This document shows positions 19,501 to 28,267 of a stretch of 64,000 bases of DNA, piece by piece. This DNA is from an archaeon (GTDB lineage: Archaea; Nanobdellota; Nanobdellia; Woesearchaeales; UBA9642), in NCBI GenBank assembly GCA_020057295.1, contig JAGVGF010000002.1, positions 190,276 to 254,275 of the forward strand. The letters run 5' to 3'. The position numbers and the translations under genes are program-made. The notes beneath the pieces are model-generated. The model was not told the DNA's origin. It was given only the letters and a program-made list of their open reading frames with translations, and searched no databases. Position 1 is the stretch's first letter, and each line of letters begins with the position of its first letter.

Positions 19501-21215
19501 GTGCTTGCTGGTGGTTGTACAACAGCAGCATCAGTTGTAAAGCTTGTAGTATTACTTACAGAATATCCTGCTTTATCATAACATGTAATATTTACTGTAT
19601 AAGCTGTACTAGAACTTAGACCGCTTAAACTAGCTGTGTATACTCCATTACTTAAAATTAAATTGCCGCTTCCCGCGCCTGTATAAGTACAATTATTTAT
19701 TCCAGAATACATATCACTAGCATTAATAGTAATGGTTGCACCACTACTAGTTACACTACCGCTGGATACACTGTTTGTTACTGGTGCAGTTTGATCTACA
19801 TAAACTGTAAACGAAGTCGTGTTTATGTTTGTAGCATTATCTCTTACAGTTAAGTTTACATAGTACGTACCATTTGTAGTAACAGTATATGTTTCTATTG
19901 CTGAAAGATTAATTGTGGTTGCTGTCCAATTCTGTAACAATCCTCCTGTAGAATTGTATACTGATAATGTCCAATTTATTAAGTTAGTATCATTAGCAGT
20001 AAAGTTAATACTTAATGTTGTGTCATTAGTACCGTAACCATTACTTACATTGTTGATACTATTAATTAATGATGTTGGCATAATTGTATCTATAAAAACC
20101 ATTCTATTACTAGAGTTAGTTACAACAGATCCGTCATCACAACTCATATACCAACTATTGTTACCTTCGCTTAATTGTGCATTAGCAGTAATAGCAGTAT
20201 TAGTATTATTAACAACTGAACTATTTGTTCCTACAGAAACATTGTTTGCATACAAAGTACAAGATGCTGTTGAAGCACCAACATACTTGAAAGTAAATGC
20301 TGGCATATTACTAGTATTCCATGTATTAGTTGTAGGATTTACTAAAGTTACTACTGGTGAACTTGTGCCAGTTGGCGATGTAACTATATTGGATTGCAAT
20401 GTAACTTGATCAGTTGATGCAAATAATTTACCAGTTATATTAGCACCAGTAAGTGCGTTTACTTCTGTCCATGCGAATACATTTCCATAAAAAACAGTGT
20501 TAGTTCCAATAACTGTTTTACCTGCTGTTCTCCAATAAACATTTTTTGCTTGTGCACCGTTTGCTAAAATTATATTACCTCCTGGGGCTCCAGTAATAAG
20601 AGTGCCTGTACCGACTATATTAAAAATCCACACGGAATTAGGATTACCTTCTGCATCTAGAGTTAAATTTCCTTGTTGTATTATTACATTGGAAGCAGTC
20701 TTATAGACTCCACGAGTAAGTGTTAAATTGCCTAATTCTGTTGGGCAAGATATTGTTGGTGCGTCAGGATTTGGGTCTGCAGCTAAATATGTGAATGCAA
20801 TTCCTAAATCAGTTTTTGCTTGAGTTATCATTGCACCGCTAGTTGTCCATGTTGCTCCAACAGGTAATGTTGAATAATGTAATGGATAAGGAAATGGTGC
20901 CGGATTAGAATCATCGGATGCGTATGATGTTCCGCCTGTAAGTTCAGTAAAATCTCCTGCAGGTCCAGTTGATGTGAATCCTGTAATGAACGTACGAGCT
21001 TGATCTTCTACACCAATATCTCCACCTGTAATATTACTGCCTACTGTTGTTGTGACTGTTTGACTAGCTAAAATTACGAATCTGCCTGCTTCTCCTAAAT
21101 CTGGAGCAGTTGGATTTTCTCCTACTGCATTAACGTTAATTGCACTAATTAATAATATAGTTGCAAAAATTGCAATATACATAAAGATGTTTGATGATGT
21201 GTTTTTTTGTTTCAT
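19110..21215 (-). CDS. secreted surface protein: DUF3494 (ice-binding-like) domain + Ig-like domains + conserved Cys-rich C-terminal module
   Basis: Signal peptide nearly identical to that of 21326..22546; DUF3494 motifs ('LGEAGRFVILASQTVTTT', 'LTRGVYKTASN', 'NVYWRTAG'); C-terminal ~120 aa ~90% identical to the C-terminus of 13636..17388. Confidence 0.8.
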   Translation of the reverse strand: MKQKNTSSNIFMYIAIFATILLISAINVNAVGENPTAPDLGEAGRFVILASQTVTTTVGSNITGGDIGVEDQARTFITGFTSTGPAGDFTELTGGTSYASDDSNPAPFPYPLHYSTLPVGATWTTSGAMITQAKTDLGIAFTYLAADPNPDAPTISCPTELGNLTLTRGVYKTASNVIIQQGNLTLDAEGNPNSVWIFNIVGTGTLITGAPGGNIILANGAQAKNVYWRTAGKTVIGTNTVFYGNVFAWTEVNALTGANITGKLFASTDQVTLQSNIVTSPTGTSSPVVTLVNPTTNTWNTSNMPAFTFKYVGASTASCTLYANNVSVGTNSSVVNNTNTAITANAQLSEGNNSWYMSCDDGSVVTNSSNRMVFIDTIMPTSLINSINNVSNGYGTNDTTLSINFTANDTNLINWTLSVYNSTGGLLQNWTATTINLSAIETYTVTTNGTYYVNLTVRDNATNINTTSFTVYVDQTAPVTNSVSSGSVTSSGATITINASDMYSGINNCTYTGAGSGNLILSNGVYTASLSGLSSSTAYTVNITCYDKAGYSVSNTTSFTTDAAVVQPPASTGGGGGGSSGGTPLQCETWSTCNSEGVSSQICYTDNSNTTLTRTKSCTPGQTTVPKQNVTTPVTDTGNNGQNTWAVNQTTPVVQDNNGNTPNDGNQITGNVALESSPTGIWSTIGRWWSQFIYWITHIFG

Positions 21216-21325
21216 TTTTGTTTCTCCCTTATCGTAAATTTTTTGTTTTTTTTTATTCTATAATTTTTTCAAATCTGATTTTGATTTTCTTTTATTTATT
21301 GTATATTCTTATCGTAAAATTTTTA

Positions 21326-22546
21326 TTACTTTCCTCCAAAGAGTCTTGAGACCCATGCAAGGAAATTTTCCCACCACGAATTTTTACTTCCACTTTGTGT
21401 TGTTCCGCCAGCTTGTGTATTTTCATTATTGTTTGTATTATTTTGACTTGCTGGTGTACTTTGATTTACAGTCCAAGTGTTTTGTCCATTATTACTCGTA
21501 TTTGTTACTGGTGTAGTTACGTTTTGTTTTGGAGCTGTTGTTTGATTTAATGTACATGCTTGTGTCTTTGTTAATACTGTATCTCCAGTAGTATACTTGC
21601 ATGTTCTTGTACTGATATTTTTTGAATTACATGCTGACCATTCTGTACATTCAAGAGTATTTGAGCTTCCGCTAGTACTTCCTCCTGAACTTGAACTTCC
21701 GCTTCCACTACTTGTTCCTCCTGAACTTCCACTGCCTGTTCCAGGAGTAGGAGTTGGTGTAGGTGTTGGATTTGGTGTTGATGATCCTGATGGTATTGTG
21801 ACAGCATTTGCATCTAATGTTACTGCTGTTTGTGCTAGTGCTCTTCCATTTAATGTTGCTCCGGTATTTAGTACGATTGCTGTTTGACCTAGAATATTTC
21901 CTTTAAAGTCTGATGTTGTTCCAAGTGTTGCTTGACCTGCGACTTGCCAGAATATGTTCTTTGCTTGTGCACCGCCACTTAGAATAACTTTTTTACCATT
22001 TGCTATATCAAGTGTTTGCGCTATTTGGAATATCCATACATCTGTTGAACTTCCTGATAATGTAACATCTGTTGGTATTGTAACTCCAGTTCCCCATTTG
22101 TAAAGTCCAGGTGTTAATGTCATTCCGCCTATATTTCCAGCGCCTAATTCAGTATAATCTGGTAATGTTCTTCCAGCTGCATCAGTGTATGCTATTTCCA
22201 TATCGCCTATAGCTACACCCATAGCAGTTGGTGTTGGTGGGGTATAATCTGCTGCATATATTTTTCCTGTTACTAAAGATGATGTTGCGAAAGTATTTGA
22301 TGCATCAGAAATTAATCCGAATCCTGTTATGAAAGTTGCAGCTGCTGGACTTAATCCAATATCCCCAACTATTGAAGTGGTTCCAGTAGTTGAAACCCCT
22401 GATTTTGATAGAATAACGAAATTGCCTGCTGTTCCAAGATTTACAGCTGATTGTGCTGCGTTGACATTAAATGCGCTCATTAATAATATAGTCGCAAAGA
22501 TTGCAATATACATGAAAATATTTGATGTTGTGTTTTTTTGTTTCAT
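21326..22546 (-). CDS. secreted DUF3494 (ice-binding-like) protein with PT/GS linker and related Cys-rich C-terminal module
   Basis: DUF3494 pattern 'VNLGTAGNFVILSKSGVSTTGTTSIVGDIGLSP...LTPGLYKWG...NIFWQVAG...LNGRALAQTAVTLD'; 'PNPTPTPTPTPGTGSGSSGG...' linker; 'LECTEWSACNS...CKYT...TQACT'; Trp-rich C-terminus. Confidence 0.8.
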   Translation of the reverse strand: MKQKNTTSNIFMYIAIFATILLMSAFNVNAAQSAVNLGTAGNFVILSKSGVSTTGTTSIVGDIGLSPAAATFITGFGLISDASNTFATSSLVTGKIYAADYTPPTPTAMGVAIGDMEIAYTDAAGRTLPDYTELGAGNIGGMTLTPGLYKWGTGVTIPTDVTLSGSSTDVWIFQIAQTLDIANGKKVILSGGAQAKNIFWQVAGQATLGTTSDFKGNILGQTAIVLNTGATLNGRALAQTAVTLDANAVTIPSGSSTPNPTPTPTPTPGTGSGSSGGTSSGSGSSSSGGSTSGSSNTLECTEWSACNSKNISTRTCKYTTGDTVLTKTQACTLNQTTAPKQNVTTPVTNTSNNGQNTWTVNQSTPASQNNTNNNENTQAGGTTQSGSKNSWWENFLAWVSRLFGGK

Positions 22547-22687
22547 TTTGGTTTCTCCCTTAAATTTATTTTAAATTTTTATTTTGATTGTAAATTATTT
22601 TTCTGAATAGCAGCGCAGCAGCTAATAAATTAAAATATTCTCTCGTCTAATATGTTTAATACAGATGTCCTTTATTTTTATTTATCC

Positions 22688-22861
22688 TTATTTTTTGTGA
22701 TGTGGTACACCATTTTGTGGTTTTCCGCATAATGGACAAATCAATGAAAAACCAACCAATTTAGTTTGATCTATTGACTTTTTACAGTATTTACATATAA
22801 TCTTATTTTTAAGATTATCACGAACGTTGTTGCTTTTTGTTGTTTTGTTGCTTTGTTTCAT
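22688..22861 (-). CDS. small zinc-ribbon protein (57 aa), not in track
   Basis: MKQSNKTTKSNNVRDNLKNKIICKYCKKSIDQTKLVGFSLICPLCGKPQNGVPHHKK; CxxC...CxxC. Confidence 0.3.
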   Translation of the reverse strand: MKQSNKTTKSNNVRDNLKNKIICKYCKKSIDQTKLVGFSLICPLCGKPQNGVPHHKK

Positions 22862-23089
22862 TTTAATCTTTTCATCGAAGATTATTATAGTTCAAAAAAT
22901 CAAGCATGTTATTGTTCGGGATTTTAAACCTGTAACAATTCCCCAATAATATAGATAAGTAGATGAAGTATAAGGATGCTTGGTTGGGATAAACAACAAG
23001 AAAAGACTTATTTGTTGGAACTTCAGAAATGATTTAAGCACAACTTAAGTCGTTGAAAGAAATTTTGGACATTTAACCTCTATATTCAT

Positions 23090-23659
23090 TTACAATCGTT
23101 TTTTTGTATCTAGAGGGAATAATTCATATTCAGAAATATCTTTCTTATCAATGATTTCCATTAACAAACCAAGAGGACTTTGTGTGATAATTTTATCAAC
23201 TGAGAATGTGTAAACTTCTTTTATCTCAATATAATTTTGATATTTGGTTTGAATATTAGAGATATACTCCTCTTTTTGTGATGTGTCTCTAAATCCTATT
23301 AATAGAATATGAGATGCTTGTGCATCAGCTACTCTGTACGCTGCGATTACGTATGGTATTTTTGAGATACGCTCAGCAATTGAACTATCAGAATATTTAT
23401 CCCACACTGCAGGTTTTATGCGGATGACAAGTAATGCCATGGCGTGAATGCCTATTTTTTTAAAATCTATTATCGGCATATATCCTTCTATGATTCCTAA
23501 TTGTTCAAGTTTTTCTCTTATCTTAAAAACTGCCTGAGGAGAAATACCCATGTCTGTTGCTATTTTGCTGTCTAGAATTCTTGAATGTTCTATAATCTTA
23601 CGTAATACATCTTTATCATTCTCCGTTAACTTTGGAGAATTTGGATCTGCTTTAAGCAT
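23090..23659 (-). CDS. Lrp/AsnC-family transcriptional regulator (extended)
   Basis: N-terminal 'LDxxDxxVLRKIIEHSRILDSKIATDMGISPQAVFKIREKLEQLGIIEGY' fits the AsnC-type HTH; RAM-like C-terminal region; paralogous to 23735..24298. Confidence 0.55.
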   Translation of the reverse strand: MLKADPNSPKLTENDKDVLRKIIEHSRILDSKIATDMGISPQAVFKIREKLEQLGIIEGYMPIIDFKKIGIHAMALLVIRIKPAVWDKYSDSSIAERISKIPYVIAAYRVADAQASHILLIGFRDTSQKEEYISNIQTKYQNYIEIKEVYTFSVDKIITQSPLGLLMEIIDKKDISEYELFPLDTKKRL

Positions 23660-23734
23660 AAAGTTGAAAAGACTATCAAGATTATAAAGCTGCGTTAAAA
23701 ATCTCTCTAAGAAATTTTTTAACTTGAGTAATAT

Positions 23735-24298
23735 TTAATTTTTCTTGTTTATTGGAAATAATTCATATGTAGAAAAATCATTCTTATCTATAACTTCATT
23801 TAGTAAGCTAATCGGATTCTGAATTATTATTTGATCCACTGAGAAAGAATATGCTTCTCTTATTTCAATTTCGTTTGCATACTTAGTTTGCATTTGAGAG
23901 ACAAATTGTTCTTTTTGTGCTATGTCTCTAAATCCTATTAATAGAATGTGTGATGCTTGTACATCTGTAACTCTATACGCTGAGATGATGTACGGGATTT
24001 TTGAAATACGTTCGGAAACTTCAAAGTCTTTGTATTTATCCCATACTTCAGATTTAACGCGAATGATAATTATTGCTAGAGCGTTGATTCCTATTTTTTT
24101 AAAGTCTATTATCGGCATATATCCTTTTATAATTCCTTGTGATTCAAGTTTTTCTCTTATTTTAAATACTGCTTGAGGAGAAATACCGATTTCTTGTGCT
24201 ATTTTGCTATCTGGGACTTTAGAATTTTCTATAATTTTACGTAAAACTTCTTTATCGTGTTCTGTCAATTTTGGAGAATCGGAGTCCGCTTTGAGCAT
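23735..24298 (-). CDS. Lrp/AsnC-family transcriptional regulator (extended), tandem paralog
   Basis: ~70% identical to 23090..23659 across the full length. Confidence 0.55.
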   Translation of the reverse strand: MLKADSDSPKLTEHDKEVLRKIIENSKVPDSKIAQEIGISPQAVFKIREKLESQGIIKGYMPIIDFKKIGINALAIIIIRVKSEVWDKYKDFEVSERISKIPYIISAYRVTDVQASHILLIGFRDIAQKEQFVSQMQTKYANEIEIREAYSFSVDQIIIQNPISLLNEVIDKNDFSTYELFPINKKN

Positions 24299-24513
24299 AA
24301 CTTCTTTAAAGCATTCAAATATAAAAATTTTCTTTAATTTCTCGATATATATTTTTCTACTTTTATGTTTTATTGTCGCTATAGCCTAAATATTTCTATT
24401 TATTTTAAAACTATCAGTCTCTCTTGTTTTGTGCTTAAATCGAAACATTTATATATAAGTTAGAGTAAATACTACTACTAATAAGTAACAACTTATTTCG
24501 TTGGGGGATTTAT

Positions 24514-24663
24514 ATGATCAATCGATTATACAATGATATAACTGTTTCAGACTTGACATTATCTCAAGTTGAAGCGTTAATAAAAGACGACGATATTGAA
24601 TACTCTGGAGACTACGGTTTCAAAGTTCAAGATAATGTTAAACTAATATTTAGTATGAATTAA
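24514..24663 (+). CDS. possible small ORF (49 aa)
   Basis: GTTGGGGGA SD-like element 7 nt upstream of the ATG; MINRLYNDITVSDLTLSQVEALIKDDDIEYSGDYGFKVQDNVKLIFSMN. Confidence 0.25.
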   Translation: MINRLYNDITVSDLTLSQVEALIKDDDIEYSGDYGFKVQDNVKLIFSMN

Positions 24664-24774
24664 TTATACAAAGAAATAATACTCAAAAACACCTCACCTT
24701 TTTTGCACGAAGGACACCAATCACCTCACCCACTAATTTTCTGATTTGTTCTTCGTGCACTTTTTTTTATTCAG

Positions 24775-25986
24775 TTAGCTATTTTTTATACTGGCATAAT
24801 CTTCTAAAACTATTTTATCTACATTATCTAAATCTGTAACCTTGTAAAGTTTTCCTTCACCAATTTCTACAATTTTTTTAGCTAGTTCTAAACCTTTATT
24901 ATCTAAATTTATTCCAACCATTGAAATAGTTATACGATTATTTCTAGCCTGACTGACAGCTTGTAGCGTTTCATTTTCTGGAATTGTTCCTTTCGTTGGC
25001 AGCGCATCAGTCAACAATATAAGATGTTTAGTATCATTTTTTGGAAATAATTCTATTGCTTTACCAATAGATTTAGCTATATCTGTTTCCATCGATGCCT
25101 TAATTTCTGAAAGTTTTCTTAACAATTCCATAAAATCTAATGTTGGCGGAACACACTCTTTTATTTCAGAACCAAAAACCACTAGTCCTACACGATTTTT
25201 CTCTTGGATTGCTTTAAATGCTAATGCTATCCCTGCCTTCTTTGCAATCTTTAATTTTTCACCTTTCATACTTCCAGAAGCATCAATACCATAAATTATA
25301 GAAATTTTACCTTCAGTTTTTCTGTCATATGCTTTCAAGTCTTCTTTAGAAATTTCCGAATGTCCACGACGTAGAGATGTTTTGATGGTTTGTTTAATTG
25401 CCAAATCTCTATATCTATTATTTTTATATGATCTATAATCTTCTTTGTCACCATGAATATTTTGCTTCTTACTTTTTTTCTCACCAAAACCTTTTGGTAT
25501 TAAATGATCTAATTCTTCAACATATAATACTAATGCGCTAAGCGTTAAGCCTTTATCTGTTATTGTTCCATCCTTATTTAGAAAACCGTCTTCTTTCAAA
25601 TCATCAATTTTATCATTAATTTTTTTCTGTAATTCTCTTTTGAATTCAGGAATATTAATATTTTTTTCAATATAATTAGGACTGTAACCAGTTAGTTCTC
25701 TAATAATAACTTCGCCATACAATTTTTTTGCTAGTTTGTAATCTTTAATTAAGTTTTGAAATATCATATCAGGAGTTAAACTACCAATACCTTGTGTAAC
25801 ACTTTCAGAAATTAATCTGCCATCACTAATATTTTCTTTATCATCTTCTAGAATAGAATGCATTAATTTTTCTTCATCAGTCTGACTTTTTAATTTACCT
25901 TTCTGTTCTTCAACTTCTTCAAGTTTTGGTATAATTCTTTCTACATCCTGTGAATCATGTGTCGTTTCTAGGCTAGGTATAACCAC
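24775..25986 (-). CDS. von Willebrand factor A domain protein (ChlD-like partner of a ChlI-type ATPase)
   Basis: MIDAS motif 'IDASGSM' followed by a VWA fold; long N-terminal acidic/basic linker region; 14-nt overlap with the upstream ATPase gene. Confidence 0.7.
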   Translation of the reverse strand: MVIPSLETTHDSQDVERIIPKLEEVEEQKGKLKSQTDEEKLMHSILEDDKENISDGRLISESVTQGIGSLTPDMIFQNLIKDYKLAKKLYGEVIIRELTGYSPNYIEKNINIPEFKRELQKKINDKIDDLKEDGFLNKDGTITDKGLTLSALVLYVEELDHLIPKGFGEKKSKKQNIHGDKEDYRSYKNNRYRDLAIKQTIKTSLRRGHSEISKEDLKAYDRKTEGKISIIYGIDASGSMKGEKLKIAKKAGIALAFKAIQEKNRVGLVVFGSEIKECVPPTLDFMELLRKLSEIKASMETDIAKSIGKAIELFPKNDTKHLILLTDALPTKGTIPENETLQAVSQARNNRITISMVGINLDNKGLELAKKIVEIGEGKLYKVTDLDNVDKIVLEDYASIKNS

Positions 25987-26992
25987 TCTTTCTGCCCTTA
26001 AATTTTTTGAATTCTTCAGCTAAATATTTTTCTGGAGTTTCAAGATATTTTATTGAGGGCTTTAATCTTATTCTGTGTGATATTACTGATAACATAACTT
26101 CTTTTATATGTTCGCTATTTACTGTTTTGTCTTTAGATAAGTATGCTACAGCCTGTGCTCTTTCATATATTCCGAGGCTTGCTCTCACTGATGGTTTTTT
26201 ATCGATGTTAGGATCGTTACGTAAACTTCTAATGAAGTCTATTGTATGATTTAGTAAATCTTCAGGGAATGTTACCTCATCAATTCTCTTACCTTTCATA
26301 GAAACTATTTTTCTCTCTATTTCTAAAGTTTCAGGATATCCCATATATATCATATCAAATCTATCCAGGAATACATCACTTAAAGTTTCTGTACTCGTAT
26401 CTTCAGGATTCATTGTACCAATAAATACGAATTCTGCTGGGAAATCAATATTATAACTACCAATAGTTACTTTTTTCTCCTCTAAAACTTGTAATAATGC
26501 ATTCTGTAACTTTTCACTACATCTATTTATCTCATCAAAAAATAATATTCCATTATTTGCCCTAAATATTTTACCAGGAGTGAATGCTTCAATACTTAAT
26601 GGACCATACTTCATAGCTTTTATTGGATCAATATCTCCAAGTAAATCTTCAGCCGTCAAATCTGGACTACCCTGTATTCTAATAAATCTATCTTCACCAC
26701 TGACATTTTTGTGTTTTATCTTATCTTTATTGTTTAAACACTCAGGGCATATTGCACGTTCAGGAGTGCAGTTGAAGCCACAATTATTAACTTTCATGTC
26801 AGGCAATATTTTAGCAATATTTTTTGCAAGAGTTGTTTTACCAATACCAGGATTACCAATAAGAATTACGTGTCTATCCATTAACAGTGCAGATTTTAAG
26901 TCACGCTTAACATTTTCTTGACCCAGTATATCTTCAAATTGTTCATCAATAATTTTTCGACGTAAAACGTCACTAATAAGTATATTATTCAT
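25973..26992 (-). CDS. AAA+ ATPase, Mg-chelatase ChlI/BchI-like (MoxR-related)
   Basis: Walker A 'GNPGIGKTT', Walker B 'ILFFDEIN'; '...LLQVLEEKKVTIG...FVFIGTMNPED...FLDRFD' matches the ChlI/BchI pattern; Cys4 insertion 'CGFNC...CPEC' after Walker A. Confidence 0.7.
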   Translation of the reverse strand: MNNILISDVLRRKIIDEQFEDILGQENVKRDLKSALLMDRHVILIGNPGIGKTTLAKNIAKILPDMKVNNCGFNCTPERAICPECLNNKDKIKHKNVSGEDRFIRIQGSPDLTAEDLLGDIDPIKAMKYGPLSIEAFTPGKIFRANNGILFFDEINRCSEKLQNALLQVLEEKKVTIGSYNIDFPAEFVFIGTMNPEDTSTETLSDVFLDRFDMIYMGYPETLEIERKIVSMKGKRIDEVTFPEDLLNHTIDFIRSLRNDPNIDKKPSVRASLGIYERAQAVAYLSKDKTVNSEHIKEVMLSVISHRIRLKPSIKYLETPEKYLAEEFKKFKGRKSGYT

Positions 26993-27081
26993 AGTACCAC
27001 CTAGGGCCGTTAATGACGATACTATTTATAAATGTTTGTCTAGAATAATGCAATATTTTCTACTATATTTATACATTTTGA

Positions 27082-27690
27082 TTAGAATAATAAACAGAAA
27101 TATATTATACATGCACTAATTACAGGAACTAAAAAATTATCATCGATAGTATCATTATAAAATCTTATATCTAAAGATTCGACACTCATTGCGATAATTG
27201 CTGCAATAGTTGCAAAGATCCAATTTACAAATAGGCTTGCCGCTATACTTGCAAATATTATTCCTACAATTGTTCCTTCAATAAGTCTAGTATCGTTTAA
27301 TGGATGTTTAATTTTACCATAATGTTTACCAATCATTGCAGATATACTATCTCCAAAAGTCCAAATCATAAGTGATGCTAACACAATATTTTTATCAAAA
27401 AATACGGTTATTAATAATACTCCTGCGAATAAGTATATTACTCCTTTGCCTGGAGCCTTTTTACGTAACTTTTCTCTCTCAAAAATTTTTAAAAACCAAT
27501 GAATTATCGGAATATCAAAATGTTGATATATTAGAGATATAACAAGTCCTATAATTATTATACTTATAGTCATCCAAGGTTTAAGAAAGTCAAAATAAAT
27601 TAATACAGATAATACTAACCCAAGTGTTATATGAAAAAATTTTCTTCTAAGTTCTAACCAATCAATATTTCCACGCATACTTCTCACCAA
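27082..27690 (-). CDS. CTP-dependent polyprenol (dolichol) kinase / phosphatidate cytidylyltransferase superfamily protein
   Basis: Membrane protein with 'FGDSISAMIGKHYGKIKHP...RLIEGT', resembling the dolichol kinase / CdsA C-terminal motif. Confidence 0.45.
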   Translation of the reverse strand: MVRSMRGNIDWLELRRKFFHITLGLVLSVLIYFDFLKPWMTISIIIIGLVISLIYQHFDIPIIHWFLKIFEREKLRKKAPGKGVIYLFAGVLLITVFFDKNIVLASLMIWTFGDSISAMIGKHYGKIKHPLNDTRLIEGTIVGIIFASIAASLFVNWIFATIAAIIAMSVESLDIRFYNDTIDDNFLVPVISACIIYFCLLF

Positions 27691-28267
27691 TTTTAAGGAA
27701 TATCCATCCTATACTGTATCCGATTATCGCTCCGCCAATTACATCACTTAAATAGTGTACTCCAAGATATATTCTGCTGAAACCAACAAGTATCGCAAAC
27801 GTCCAGAATATCCATTTAATTTTCGGAAAATTTTTACTCATTACAGGAATAATGCTAAAGAACATCATTGTGTGTCCTGAAGGAAATGAGCTCATACTTG
27901 TTTGTATGCTGCTGTTTATGTTTAATGCTTCAAAAGGTCTTGGTCTATTAATCAAAGTTTTTAGAATGTAGATCATTAATGGATCTATAATAACAGTTAA
28001 TCCTAGTGCTAAAAATTTCCTCTGATTAATTATTAACACAGCTAAAAGTATTAACGCAATCCAAGCAAATATATACATTTCTCCAAATAATGTTATTAGA
28101 TAAAAAATCGTTAACAATAACGGATATTGAATATTATCTATAAACAGGATGATAACTTTATCCAATAGAAAACTTACTAAAAATATTATTAATGATATTA
28201 TGTAAGTAGGAATATTTACATCAAGTAAAATGTTTTTTGTATTATTTTTGTTAAGGATTTTTTTCAT
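27662..28267 (-). CDS. PAP2 family phosphatase (polyprenyl-diphosphate phosphatase-like)
   Basis: PAP2 motifs 'LINRPRP', 'SFPSGHT', 'SRIYLGVHYLSD'. Confidence 0.7.
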   Translation of the reverse strand: MKKILNKNNTKNILLDVNIPTYIISLIIFLVSFLLDKVIILFIDNIQYPLLLTIFYLITLFGEMYIFAWIALILLAVLIINQRKFLALGLTVIIDPLMIYILKTLINRPRPFEALNINSSIQTSMSSFPSGHTMMFFSIIPVMSKNFPKIKWIFWTFAILVGFSRIYLGVHYLSDVIGGAIIGYSIGWIFLKIGEKYAWKY

